In this document: positions 15,698-30,765 of the stretch, piece after piece
Layout: each line of letters begins with the position of its first letter
How positions within the stretch are numbered: position 1 is the first letter of the stretch
Origin: the human T2T-CHM13v2.0 reference genome, Homo sapiens
DNA: 64,000 nt
NCBI RefSeq assembly: GCF_009914755.1
Contig: NC_060932.1
Strand: one strand, 5' to 3'
Program-made: the position numbers and the translations under genes
Notes under the pieces: generated by a model
What the model was told of the DNA's origin: nothing
The model's input: the letters and a program-made list of their open reading frames with translations, nothing else
Databases searched by the model: none

Positions 15698-15819
15698 TCA
15701 TTAGTTGTGACAAAGGTACCATAGGAAAGTAAGTTCTTTACAATAGAGGAAACTGGGTACAAGAGTATATGGGTATTCTCTGTTACATCCTTGCAACTTT
15801 CATATAAATCTAAAGCTAT

Positions 15820-16235
15820 CCTTTCCAATTCATTGTATGAAGCTAGGATAAGCCTAATCCCAAAACCTGAAAAGGACATTACAGAAAAGAAAATTTACAG
15901 GCGAATCCCATTCATTATCCATAGAAATGTATATATCTAAGGATAATAGAAAAATGATAAAATACAATCCCAGAAATGCAAGACTGGTTCAACAATCGAA
16001 AATCAATGTAGTTATTCACTACATTAACAGAATAAAGGAGGAAATTATATGATTATCTCAATCAGTCCAGAAAAAGCACTTGACAAAATCCAACATTCAT
16101 TCCTAATAAAAACTGTCAGCAAACTGAGAGCAGGAGGAAATTTCTTATTCTGATCAAGGGCATCTATGAAAAACTCACAGCCAAAATCATAGTTACTGAT
16201 TAAATATTGAATGTTTCTTTTACGGTTGGGAATAA
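15820..16235 (+). mobile_element. Second L1M ORF2 (RT-region) fragment
   Basis: Covers the same ORF2 interval as ~14280-14730 (gaaaaagcacttgacaaaatccaacattcattc), so a separate element. Confidence 0.75.
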
Positions 16236-16309
16236 GTACAGAATAAATTTAAAGATTCATAAGCTGCTTGTGTTTTAAAAAGGATCTGTGTATCCCACCC
16301 AAAAAAGTT

Positions 16310-16655
16310 TCATTAATTTATTAATTTATTAATTGAATTGAATAACATTTATTGTGCACTTACTAGGTGCAAAACAGCTGTGAGGTGTTGGGGATTTTTT
16401 TTAAAGGATAAAAAGCAGTCTGCTTGTCAAGGAACTTTTAAATAAATTTAAAAATAAGACAGATAATTATTAAAAGTAACTAAAGTACACTTTAATATAT
16501 GCTTGAGGGCCAAATGAAGCAACAGATGATTAACAGCTCAAGCTTTTGGAATCCAGATTGTGGAGGTCAAGGACTGGCCTATTTAGGAGTTTAGATTTTA
16601 TTCCATAGGCTGTGGGGCTTTCTTAGCCCATGTTTTAGGCCTTTGAGCAGAGAAA
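16310..16655 (-). mobile_element. L2 3' fragments
   Basis: aacatttattgtgcacttactaggtgcaaaac; ggagtttagattttattcc. Confidence 0.6.
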
Positions 16656-17430
16656 TGGTATAATAAAAAGATTCCACAGTCAGCATCACCAACATCACAT
16701 TTTAAAAATATGTCACTATATCTGGGACTCTGAGCCTTCACTTTCATTTTATTACAAAGCAAGAGATGACCAGAGAAGTTAACTGATTTTCTCAAAGCTA
16801 GGGAGAAAATCAATGGGAATGGAGAATAGGAAGTTAGTGTAAAGATGAAACAGAATCCAGATTTCCTTCAATGATGGGGCTTCTACTGTTCCAGCTGTTG
16901 TTTGGGTATCTTGAAGGGTGAAGGACTGGGAACAGAAGTCACCTTTCACTTCTGATAGCTCAGTAAATCAAAAATATCTAGCGCTGAAAGTTTGTCTTCA
17001 GATAATGGTAACTAGGGAAGTAGCGAAACACTAGGAGAAGGGGGGAAAGAGTTAAAATTGGCTGCAAAGAACAGATGGTCTTCTCTGCTGCACTCCCACC
17101 TTCCTTTCTCTCTTTCCTACACTCACCGCCCACCTATCCAATTGTGCACTTGCTTGTGAGCGCGCACACACACTCACACTGTACTCTTCACAAGTTCCCC
17201 GCTACCTGTCAGTACTGACAGTTAATTCATGGATACAGAAATCTGTCTCTTTCCCATCGTCAGTGGTTAATTGAAAAGGCATCCACTAGCATGAGTATAA
17301 GATGCAGAAATTCATAATTATCTGAGAAAAAGCAAATGAGGTGCTGATAGCAAGCTGGTCAGATGGAGCCATGATAAAGCGGGGACCTCCAAGGCTCTCA
17401 GCAGACAGGCTCGAGAACCATGATACTCAC

Positions 17431-17461
17431 CCTCCAAGGTGAATAATCCTTGGAGATTCAT
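17431..17461 (-). other. Candidate 31-nt spliced exon (unverified)
   Basis: Minus strand: ctaac branch point, ttttattttccAG acceptor, AGG|GTGAGT donor. Confidence 0.35.
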
Positions 17462-17629
17462 CTGGAAAATAAAATGCCTGACTGTTAGCAGGCTCTTGAT
17501 TCATGCATGAGTCTCTACTCCTTTAACCCAGTGAAGAGAAGACACATGCAGGACTGGAGAAGTCTGGGGGTGAGTCTACACAGAGGCTCAGAAAGTTAGC
17601 CCCAGAGGAAAACAATCAAAGGATCTTCA

Positions 17630-17742
17630 CCAACTGACCAATCCATCCAGTTTGCCTTGGGCTGTACCAATTTTAGCAATGAAAGTCACACGTCCTGTGA
17701 AACCTCTTAGACTCAGGCAAACCCGGAACATTGATCTTCCTA
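17630..17742 (-). mobile_element. MER81 hAT-Blackjack MITE
   Basis: tgaccaa...gtttgcc...ttttagcaatgaaagtc...ggcaaacccgg...ttgatcttccta. Confidence 0.75.
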
Positions 17743-18119
17743 GCTTGGGCTGGTTCTGTCACACTAAGAGCTGGAGGTCAAGATATTAGGCAACAGGCCA
17801 GCCCCAGTACATACATACTGTAGAGCCCCAGAGCCCCAGAACTTATCCATCTACATGAGTCAGGGGAAGAAAAGACTACACCCTTCCTCCAGGGCCCACT
17901 GCAATGGGAGAAGTTTCTGGAATACTACTACTACTGAAGTATTACATTAGGTGACGGGTTTTTTTTTCTTTTCAGTAGTTCAGAAGTTCTGAGGGTCTTG
18001 TGGTTTTTTCTCATCATCATCCTCCCCTGGTTCTTCTGTTTCATTTGAAGAGGAGATGATATGATTGAATGGAACACAAGGAAGTAAAGTGATCTTCCTC
18101 GTTTGTTTTTCAAAAAGCT

Positions 18120-18622
18120 GATGCCTCAGAGGAAAAAGAAAGCAAAGCCCTGTACCCTGACTCGAGCTGAGTCTCAGGGGGGCAGCCAGATGCCAGAGAG
18201 AAAATGACTATATAGGTTACCTAGACCAACAAGAGCACAGACAGCCTGTCAGAGACCTCCATGCTTTAACCTGGCTCACAAGTAGAGCCACCAGAACCAA
18301 AGTAGCTGTGGTGACAGAGACAGAGACAGTCTTCATGAACAGATGACCAAGAACCAGACAAGAAGTGGATACTCCAGAGGACACCTGCAGAGGCAAGACA
18401 TCAGGGACCACAGCGCTGCCCACCCCCTCTCATATGGTCCCCATGTAAGCCCCTGGAACTGGGTACCATCCCAAAGGTAATAGCAACCCCAAAAGTAATT
18501 GACTAAAATTACATTTCTGCCACTCTGTCACAATGGAGGTCTGAAACAGTTGTTACGTTATAGAGAAAGACAGTTTCATTCTTTGCATAACTGAGTCTAT
18601 AAACTCAGATTCACCCTCTACG
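18120..18622 (+). mobile_element. Possible ancient Gypsy-like LTR relic
   Basis: 3' part (tttctgccac...gttatagagaaag...tttgcataactgagt) resembles the MamGypLTR/LTR8x end; 5' limit uncertain. Confidence 0.35.
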
Positions 18623-18635
18623 CAGCATTCCTTGG

Positions 18636-18765
18636 TGTGAAAAAAACACAGGATTCAGAATCTGAGACTTGGCTTTGAGTTCTGACTCTATCACTCTAAA
18701 GTTTTGTGAATTATTGGGAAATGCTCTCTCACAGCTCAGAAGACTTCTCTGCTTCATTTTCTCTC
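18636..18765 (+). mobile_element. MIR fragment
   Basis: ggattcagaatctgagacttggctttgagttctgactctatcact. Confidence 0.55.
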
Positions 18766-19158
18766 ATTCCACTCTCCATGAAGAGGAAGAACAGCTGTTA
18801 TGACCCCCTACACCCTCCAACAGCTGTTACATCTTCCCTCAAACTTCTGAAGACCAAACAATGCTGCTCTTTAAAAACCACCCTTCACCACCAAGCTTGC
18901 ATTTGTCCAGTGCATTCAAGGGTGACAAACTCAATGGACACTGGCATCCCTGCTCTAAAACTTGACCCAGAACACTTTCATGTCCAGGAAGATTTTTTTT
19001 TATTCTAGAGAATCTATGCAGTGTACATAGCCAACTTCCATGTGCAACCTGCTCCTGTGCTCTTGAACTGGAAAACATCTTGGAGTTTCCAAATCTCTCA
19101 GTGCTGCCCATGCTGAGCTCCTCCTGATGACAAAACAAGGGAATCACTTTCCTTTAAG

Positions 19159-19518
<360 letters not shown>

Positions 19519-19554
19519 TAGGTGTGTACCCACCTGTGGTGGTGTGACTTTAGT

Positions 19555-20160
19555 CAGGATTTCCTAATTCAGGTTCCAGAGCACTGGTTCTGCTGGGATA
19601 ATACATGTTATGGAAAAAGTTGAGCTTGACATAGTCAGACTGGCTTGGGAAATTCTGGTATAAGTAAAATCAAAGGGGTTTCTTTACTCCAGGAGAACCT
19701 TGAACATGCTAACGTATGCTGTTTTCTTCAAAGAAGGGTGATATGGTTTGGCTCTGTGACCCCACCCAAATCTCACCTTGAATTGTAATAATCCCCATGT
19801 ATCAAGGGTGGGACCAGGTAGAGATAATTGAATCATGGTGGCAGTTTTCCCAATGCTGTTCTCATGATAGTGAGTGAGTTCTCATGAGATCTGATGGTTT
19901 TATAAGGGGCTTCCTCTTTGCTCGGCAGTCATTGTCTTCCCTGCCACCTTGTGAAGAGGCGCCTTCCACCATGATTGTAAGTTTCCTGAGGCCTTCCTAG
20001 CCATGCAGAACTGTGAGTCAATTAAACCTCTTTCCTTATAAATTACCTAGTCTTGGATATTTCTTCATAGCAGCATGAGAACGGACTAATACAGAGGGAA
20101 TATGGAATGCAGCGTGTCCCAAACTTCTGAGACCCAGACTGACATGGAGCACCTGCTTTC
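19555..20160 (+). mobile_element. MER103C hAT element split by THE1
   Basis: ttgggaaattctgg...gtttctttactccagga...[LTR]...tgcagcgtgtcccaaactt. Confidence 0.65.
19739..20093 (+). mobile_element. THE1 (THE1C-like) solo LTR
   Basis: tgatatggtttggc...ggactaataca; TSD aaggg/gaggg. Confidence 0.92.
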
Positions 20161-20452
20161 TCAGACTATTATGAATGGGCTGGATTCCCGTGACAGTGAT
20201 CACACCTACTGTTTCCCCGTGATTGACTAGGGTGGCCCATCCTGAGAGAACAGGGCTCCTTAGGACTCTTTCCTCTCAAACAGCACCAACTACTATCCAA
20301 TATGCTTTTCTGAGACTCAGTAGACACTTAAATATGGCTAAAGCTATCTGCTTTGAGATAATGAAAATAGCTGATGCTCTCTGAGCCATGTTCTGCCACA
20401 TTCTACCATCTATGGCTGTGACTGACAACGTTGGCTGTATATTATGACAATC

Positions 20453-21255
<803 letters not shown>

Positions 21256-21289
21256 TAAGGAGTTTTTAGAACTCACACGCCAGGACAGT

Positions 21290-21385
21290 TGTAATGATCC
21301 CAGAATCTGGCAATGGGACCCAGTCATCAGTGTTCCTTAAAGATCTCTGAGTAATTCTAATGTGCAGTCAAGTTGAAATGACTGT
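21290..21385. mobile_element. MER5 fragment
   Basis: cagaatctg...attctaatgtgcagtcaagttgaaatgactg. Confidence 0.55.
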
Positions 21386-21387
21386 GC

Positions 21388-21585
21388 TATGGACTTTATA
21401 TAAATATTGTCCCATATAGTCCTCATAATAAACCCAAGAGGTGCTATTCATATCCTTATATTATGGATCAGACGTCTGAGACTTAAAGAGGTTAAAATAA
21501 CTTGACTGTCGCTACACAGGCAGTAAGTGATCGAGCTGGGATTTCTGGAGGCATTTAGCTCCAGAGCCGGATCATATAAGCCTTT
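21388..21585 (-). mobile_element. MIR
   Basis: ctgagacttaaagaggttaaaataacttg...cacaggcagtaagtgatcgagctgggattt. Confidence 0.75.
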
Positions 21586-22204
21586 CAGACTCAGAGCTGA
21601 GCTTTTAGTAGCCTCTGAGCTCTGAGAGAAGGCACCACAGCCCCCTCTGCAACTGAGGAGTTACACTGGCCTCTGCATGCGGCTTTCTTTAGGAAGCATT
21701 CCCCTTTCTGGCTTTGATCCTAGCCCCACTCTTCCCTCTCCAGTCCCAGCAAAACCCCTCCATCTGGCACCACTCTGGGAAGTGGGAAGACAAAAGTTTC
21801 TCTAAATCGCCACTTCCAGCCTGCCATGCGACTGCAGCTTTTAATAGTAACTACTGCGCTCTGATGAAAAAGATTGTTGTTTCCGTAACGGGAAAAGTAG
21901 CTCCAATCCAAGGACGCTGCCATAGCCCTGACCAATGAATGTGGAAGAGCCCTGAACAGGGCTAACTAAAAGGCCTCTCAGTAAGCGGTTGTCAAGCCTT
22001 AGGGTGCCTCTCTGGACAGTTCCCGGTACTGCACCACTGCCCAGAGACCAAGCCAGGCCCGCTCCCAGCTCTGCAGACCCTGCCACTTTTGAATGGGTCA
22101 GGCAGATCAAACTTGCTATTTACAGAGGCCAGAGTGGTACCACCTAGGGGATGTCATCTGTAACTTTATTTTTATCTCTGATGATGGCTTTAAAATACAT
22201 TCAT

Positions 22205-23225
<1,021 letters not shown>

Positions 23226-23951
23226 ATTTTTTTTAAGTTTGAAAAATGTATTCAATGAGGAAATGTTCACCTTTTGGCTAGATTAAAACGCTGGTAGGTC
23301 CCAAGATTTTCCCACTTTAGTCCTAGAGTCATTATTTCAGGAGACAGAGCCTCGATTTAATCATTAGAATGCCCACTCCTATGTATTAATAACAATCAAG
23401 TCTCCAAAACTAATTTAGAGCTGAATATTCTCTCTTTCCTCAGGTAGGGCCAGTTGACGATGGCCACTTTACACTCAGGTGGGAGGTGTGTTCAGCCACA
23501 CCTTTCACTCACCTCCTCCTCTTTGCAAATGGGAAAAAGGACAGGGGAAAAAAAATGCAGAAAGTTCACACTTGATGGGATGGTTTTCTGAAGGTTCCTC
23601 CTCTTTCTCAATGGTGTTTTCATCTGTTCTTCGGAGACCTCCCTACTGGGCCCTTCAGACAGCTGCTCCCATGACCGGCGAGATGACACTGTTTGTCTTT
23701 GTTCCTGGCAGACTCCAAGGGGGCAGGCCCCTCCCAAACAGAAGCAGTCCTCCTGCCTCTACCACCAAAGCAGTGAGCCTGTTTCTCACCCTTCCGATAT
23801 CCTGGGGAAGTCACAACAGGTCCTCATTGAAGGGTATGCCTTCCTTGTAATCCTGGCAGAAACCCTCACAGGTTTGAAGTGATGGGTAGACAGCCCTGAC
23901 AGGGACTCAGCACAGCTTTCCCTGAAGAAAATCTCCTCACAAGATGTTCTC

Positions 23952-24328
23952 TGTATTAGTCCATTCTCACACAGCTATAAAGAACTACGTGAGACTGGGT
24001 AATTTATGAAGAAAAGAGGTTTAATCAACTCACAATTCTGCAGGCTGCCCAGAAGCATGGCTGGGAAGGCCTTAGGAAACTTACAATTATGGCAGAAGGC
24101 AAAGGGGAAGCAGGCACATATTCACATGGTGACAGGAAACAAAGAGTGAAGGGGGAGGTGCTACATACTTTAAACAACCAGATCTCATGAGAACTCAACT
24201 ACCATGAGAACAGCAAGGGGGAAATTCACCTCCATGATCAAATCACCTCTCACCAGGCCCCTCCTCCAACACTGAAGATCACAATTCAACATGAGATTTG
24301 GGTGGGGACACAGAGACAAACCATATCA
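23952..24328 (-). mobile_element. MSTA/THE1D-type MaLR solo LTR
   Basis: tgtattagtccattctcac...aaaccatatca. Confidence 0.9.
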
Positions 24329-25013
24329 TCTTCACACTCTCAACTTTCTGTCCTTTTTATTCTGTCTTTTTATGGGCTTCAGAATCAACTATCCAGTGTT
24401 CAGTCACTTCCTTTGAAAGGCTACTACATCATGGTGACTTGATCCAAACATCGAAGTTAACATTCCATCACCTAAACTATACTGAAGGCTGGAGGGAGGG
24501 GAAGCCAACAGAGGAGAGGTCAGAAGAGAAGGAAATCTATAATGGTCAGAAGAGGAAATTAATAGACATGGTCTAAGATTGATAAATCAAGAAATCATCA
24601 TAGATGAAGGTGAATGCCAAGAAAAACAAGCCCCAGAGATGAAAGCAACTGTCTCTGAAGTGAAACTGGAGGCTGGAAGGGGAAGGGAGGGAACTGAAGT
24701 TTTTCATCCTAAGCTTTTTAATTCTATGACTGTTTTCCTCCATATGTGTGTGTGACTTTGAGACACATTATTTACTTTTAAAATTGGAGACAAAAAGATG
24801 TGCCACATAGGTGATGAAAGGAGAATATGTCTACAAAGCAATCCCTGTCAAAAATATGCATTCTTAGGAACACCACAGTCTCATGGCTCATGTTAGAGCC
24901 ATTTCTAATTGCTTTCCTTCTCTCCCACAGTTGCTCCCTGAGAAGGTAACTGAGAGAAAGCCCAGTATCTCACAAACCTTCACTTTCTTTCCCTATTTCA
25001 GCTACAAATTTCT

Positions 25014-25469
25014 TGTATTAATTTCTTGTGACTGCTGTAACAAATTACCACAAACCGGGCACTTCAGACAACAGAAATTTATTTCCTCACAGTTCTGGGG
25101 ATGGAAAGTTCAAAATCAAGGTATCAGCAGGGTCACACTCCCTCGGGAGGCGCTAGCCTCCTTCCTTGCCTCTTCCAGCTTCTGGGGGCTCCAAGCATCC
25201 CTTAGCTTGTGGCCACCTCACTCCAATCTCTGTGACCACACTGTCTCCCCCTTGTCTGTCTCAAAACTCCTTCTGTCTCTCTTTTAGAGGGATACTTGTG
25301 ATGGCATTTAGGGCCAACCCAGATAATCGAGGATAATCTCTTCATCTCAGAACCCTTAACTTAATCATATCTGCAAAGTCCCCTTTTGCCATTTAAAGTA
25401 CCATTCATCGGTTCCAAGGATTAGAACTTATACATATCATTTTGGAGGCCACTATTCACCCCCAGGACA
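25014..25469 (-). mobile_element. MLT1 (MLT1C-like) solo LTR
   Basis: gctgtaacaaattaccacaaa; ccttaacttaatcatatctgcaaagtcc. Confidence 0.85.
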
Positions 25470-25614
25470 TTATCCCTACATCATTTCATGCCTGTGCCTC
25501 TGCTCTCCTGGGCTCCAATTTATACTATACCACGGCTGGAAGAATCCCATGTCCACGTCATTTTCACCACACCCCTCCACTCTCAAAACCTCGACCAGGA
25601 TTCCTCTTGCCATT

Positions 25615-25780
25615 GAATCAGAGCTGGCTGCAACTGGAAGGGGCCTGAGAGACCTCCTCATCCCTCTTCTAACCAATGAGGAACTGAGGCCAGGGGGCTT
25701 ACCAGGTCACATAGCTCACCAGTAACAGCTTAGAGCATCTCTTGATTTCTAAGCAAAAACTAGTCCCACAAAACCATGCC
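25615..25780 (-). mobile_element. MIR3-like fragment
   Basis: ctggaaggggcctgagagacc...atgaggaactgaggccagg...ggtcacatagct. Confidence 0.6.
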
Positions 25781-26252
25781 CGTTACTCACAGTGGTCCCC
25801 TCCTATCTCGCCAACCCTATTTCCTTCACAGCCAGCCTCAGCTCCTGTCAGCTAATCCATCTGCTCCTGTTCCTTTTGATTTGTATAGGTACAAATAACC
25901 TTGCCTGCAAGTCTAATCCCAAAATCACCTCTTTTAGGAAGTCTTTTCTGGTTAAAAATGTCTAATTATAATCACTTCTTTGTTCTGTGGTCCCTCAGAA
26001 ATCCTGTAGTAAGTTGGGGCTATATTAGTTGCACTCACTTATTTGTGGCCTTCAAACATTCTAATTTTTGGGTTCTAGCTACAGGTTTAATCCCAAATTT
26101 TTCACACCTTTGATATCCTTCTCCACACTACTCAGCCCATAATCTAACACACTGCATTCCCTCTCTTTCTCCCTCTCCCTCAGACACACACACACACACA
26201 AATACGCATGCACACGCGCAAGTTGCTACTGTCACTTCTTAAAAGTTGACTA

Positions 26253-26550
<298 letters not shown>

Positions 26551-27049
26551 GTTGTTGACTAAGGGATCACATCCTGTGAACTACAGCCAGGTGTGTCTGG
26601 ACAGAGAACGTGTGGCAAAGCCTCACATATTATTGATTTAATGAAAGTAAAATTGTATTGAGAATTGTTCATGTGTTTTTCTTCTGGATTTCTGAGTATG
26701 TCGCCATCACCCCACATTGCCAAAGGCACCCAGAAACTCCCATCTGTTAGAAAAGGAGGATTTTTACCAAAAGAATGCAGAAAGAACAGCAAGAGTAATT
26801 TTCAATTTACTGCGTTCAGAAACTGGCTTAAACAGCAAAGCATTCACCCTGAAGCCAGGGTATTGACCTGAAAACAGTTTTTCCCACTTCTACCTTCACT
26901 CCCTCAAGACACACCCACCCTGCTTTAAATCATTAAGGACCAAGGCTAGATGACACTAATGCATAAAAATACCACTGCCACTTAGAATATATGCACTCTC
27001 CACCAGGGCAGGAAGGCCAGAATGTTTGCCACTCCTGTAGAAGAAGGAC

Positions 27050-27865
27050 ACTATTACACAGGAGGGTAAAAGAAAGACCCATCCTTTTCCAGCCTGAAGG
27101 ATGGTGGAAAAGCTGAAGAGAGGAGAGCAAGGCTCTTCGAGGCATGTCCCCATGTCCCCTGTCTGTGTTTGGCATGGAATAAGTGAACCTAAGAGAGTAG
27201 GAGGAGGCACAGCCTCTGCTCCCTGCATGGACTTCTGCAAAAAGAACTCTCTCTGACTGCCTTACACCAGCCTAGAGCCAGGCCGCATCGAGTTGGCAAG
27301 GCAGCAGGAGGGACAGAGGGAGGCTCTGAGGTTTCACTTTGCCAAAGCCACCTTCTGACTGCTGGGCACTGATGGTGAGAGCCAGGGGCCTGCTGGGATG
27401 GGCAGTGGCCATAGGGTCTGGAGGTCAGCCAGAGGAGAAGCCCCTGACCAGGCCCAAGTGACACCAGCCATGGTCTTGGGGCAGGAACCAGTACAAAGAG
27501 ACATGGACCTGAAGCCACAGTCCCCACACGAGAGGACACTCCTCCCCTCCACATGAAGTCCAGGAGCCACAGCCCTCACTCCCTTCCAAACCAGTTGTCT
27601 CCATACTCTAGATGCCATTTTAGGAAAAGAAGCAGTCACAGGGTGGAGGTAATCTAAGAGTGAAACCATTTTTTCCTAAAAAGACTGAGCATCCCTCGAA
27701 GACCCTGTCTAAATGATCAGGTCAGACATTCACTCAAACCAAACTAGAAATTTAGCTTTTTATTTTCACTGGTGGTAGGGGTGGGAGTGGGGATGGGGAT
27801 GGGAAATCATAAATTAAACTAAAGTGGCAATTAAAAAAATATAGAAATGACATTTTCTCTTTGTG
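27050..27865 (+). mobile_element. Possible MamGypLTR-type ancient LTR
   Basis: gatgccattttagg...aaagactgagcat...gaccctgtctaaatga end region resembles MamGypLTR; 5' limit uncertain. Confidence 0.4.
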
Positions 27866-29514
27866 GCCAAGCTGCAGCAGAAGTTAAATTTTTCGAAGCT
27901 GTTATAACCAGCATGCCCTTCCTTGGAAGGCCAAAGCTCTGGATTAATGTCAGGATTTGTAAAATACCCAGATAGCAATGAGGACAGAAATCCTTCCCCT
28001 GAACTACAGAGAAGTGAATTACCTAGCAATGTGTTACTGATTTATCATACCAGCTGTATGTAAATTAAATTTGAAAACTCAAACTGATTTCATTTCCAGT
28101 CCCTAAGTATCCAGGTGGCTTGCTGCATTAATTAGAATTGACATGGAGGTTAATAATTTTGCTCTCTGACTTCCACCTCTTTAAAACCTGATACCTTGAT
28201 ATTCCTGCCGATAAACGTGTGGGGTGAGGAGTGCAGGAGTGGATCAGCAAGCAGGGCTCCAATGCATAACCCGAGAGATGAATTTTTCACAACACTGTCC
28301 CCTCACACCTGAGCAGGGTACACTTTCACGTTGCAGCCAGTGGCAGGCTCACTGGAGTGATGAATGAGGTGGAAATCAATGGAACTCCACTATACGCACA
28401 GGGGGTTTCTCTCTCCTCAGCACCCTGTGACCCGCCCCCAGCACAAGCTTCACCCTGGGACAGAGCCACCAGCCATTCATCCCGCAGAAGACCAGGCACA
28501 GCAAAGCTGCAGCCACAGCTCACAGCTATCCCAGGATGGGGTTAGTTGCTTTGCAATGGGACAGAGGGTAAAAAGAAGGCTTGGGCACTAACTATCAGGG
28601 GTTCTGCTGACTTCAGACACTTGATAGACAGATGGATCACTGACTTATTCAATTCCTAGGAAAAGAAAATGGTCAGACCCCTCATCAGAGAGTGCCTGGC
28701 ATACTAAGCTCTGGCTAGGAGCTGTTACCCAGGTGCTCTCCAAAGCTGAACATATGGGGTTAATTGCATGATTTTTTTTTCAGATCCTCTGAGAGTGCAG
28801 GCAGAACTGTGTTTGTCAAGGGGTTTGAAGGTGAGGTTCCAGAAACCATCTGTGAAAATTAGGTGAGAAAACATCTCCTTCCTTCATCAGCTGCCTGGTG
28901 CTATAGAATCCACTTCCAAATATTGTCTTTTGGACAAAGTACCAAACATGTAACTGAAACTCCATTCTAAGACCATAAATATTTTGCAGATACCTACGTG
29001 GATCTGGATACAAATGCTACTGCTGGTGAGAACAGAGCTATGGCATGCCTATTTCACAGTCTCTGACTTAGCCCAAGTTCTAAGAGTTGACTCTAACAGT
29101 CTTGAAAACTACCTCAGGATATATTTTTTCCCTTGAAACAATGCTGTAAATGGTGGCCAGAATCTCAAATACATATCCAATTGTCCATAGCATTGAGGAG
29201 GCATCTTTGACAAGGTGAGAATTTTACTTGATCGTAAAAACATCTCTGTTGGAGTCTCAGCCAAGACCTTTTCTAACTACATTACCTTGGATAAGTCACT
29301 TCTCTGAATCAAAATGAGAGTCATGTTAATACTCAACAGGTCTACTTCAATTCAATGAACCATATGTCAGGAATTACAGGAGGAGCTGCAGGTTCTAAGT
29401 TTGAAGAGTATCTTTCCCCAGGCCTGGGAATCCAGCAGCCCTGGCTGTCTGTTGCTGGGTACCCTCAAGCAAGTTTCTCCACCTTAAAATTCAGTAACAA
29501 TGAGAGGCAGGATC

Positions 29515-29720
29515 ACCCAAGAAGGCTCTAGAGTCAGACAATTTTGGATAAATTCCAACTGCACCATTTACTAAGTATCAACTTTAAGTACATTAAGCTC
29601 CTTCATTTTCTGTAAGGAAAGGTATATTATAATGGCAGTTTTATAAGATTGCTATGAATATTGAGAATATGCATGTAAATTTCTTGGCACACTACCTGGA
29701 ATGAAGGACTCATTTCAGTT
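29515..29720 (+). mobile_element. MIR
   Basis: ctagagtcagac...ccatttacta...atgcatgtaaatttcttggcacactacctgg. Confidence 0.7.
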
Positions 29721-29884
29721 ATTTTGTTGTCAGTGTTGTTGCTGTTAATAAAAAAGAAGTTTATGATGAGGAGAATAGTTCACTGTCACCATAAACAATA
29801 CTTAGTAGGTGCTAAATAATTGCTACTTTTCTTTCCCCAGCCCTGAATCTTCAAAGGGCAAGGAATACAGATCCTAAAAGAGAG

Positions 29885-30260
29885 AATTAAAATAAAATGT
29901 GGTAAGGACAAGCATCGGCCTTAAAAGTGCTATGGGACACAGGGAAGGAATGGTCCTACCTGAGAAAGATTGGGAGGCTTCAGGAAGGAGGTGGCATTGA
30001 ACTGAGAAGTCTGACCAGGATCAGAGAGAGTGGGGTCATTCAGACAAAAGAAGAGTTTGAGCAAAGGCTTGGAGTTTGAGTTGTGTGCAGTATGGTGAGA
30101 GGAATAATGAAAAATTTGGTAGAATTAGAACACAAGGCAGGCACTGAGGTGAAAAATCTGAGGAGGAATCATTACTAGAAGTTAAAAAGGCAAAAACAGA
30201 TTGGAATCAGATTGCAATGGACTTTGCATTCCATGCTAAGAATTTGGGCTTCCTTTGGGG
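29885..30260 (-). mobile_element. L2 fragment
   Basis: aagtgctatgggacacagggaagg...ggcttcaggaaggaggtggcattgaactgag...catgctaagaatttgggctt. Confidence 0.75.
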
Positions 30261-30298
30261 CCAGTATTTCCCAAAACGGAGCCCCTGGATTATCTACA

Positions 30299-30717
30299 TA
30301 GGGGCTGAGGGAGAAAACTTTCCTTTTGCCCTCTGAAGGTTCACTGAAAATCAAATGACAAAACGCAGATTAATAGGAGAAAAAATAGAGAGTCATAGAA
30401 AACATGAACTCAGAGAGGGGCCAGATGGTTGATGCTTACAACTCTCTTCACAGGGGAGAGGTGCATAGGTCCAAGAGGCAAGAGGCAGCCAGCAGAGGAA
30501 GGGCAGAGCTACACAGGAACAAAAGTTGTGTTATGATGCAAATAAAGTCCCCCAAACAATCTCCTGGAGTCGCCCTCAGAAGAATAGATAAAAATTCTGT
30601 CCGTGGACAGGACAACTCCCAGTCTCTTCTCTTTTCTGGTGGTTGATCTTTCCTGGTTACTTGATGAGCTATCTAAGGAGGGCATTTAAGACAATTGCAT
30701 TTCTTTTGGAAAGAAGC
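30299..30717 (-). mobile_element. Partial ERV1 LTR (MER67/MER31-group)
   Basis: gccctctgaaggttcactgaaaatcaaatgacaaaacgcagattaatagg is typical of the 3' end of this LTR group. Confidence 0.65.
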
Positions 30718-30765
30718 TGATATAGTTTGGATGTTTGTCCCCACCCAAATCTCATGTTGAATTGT
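30718..30765 (+). mobile_element. MST/THE1 LTR 5' stub
   Basis: tgatatagtttggatgtttgtccccacccaaatctcatgttgaattgt, then abrupt loss of similarity. Confidence 0.8.

Noticed and set aside
28784-28830. Plus-strand 47-nt candidate exon (tttttttttcAG...AAG|GTGAGG)
   Set aside because: Reasonable signals but no clear partner exons; kept only as a caveat to the minus-strand model.
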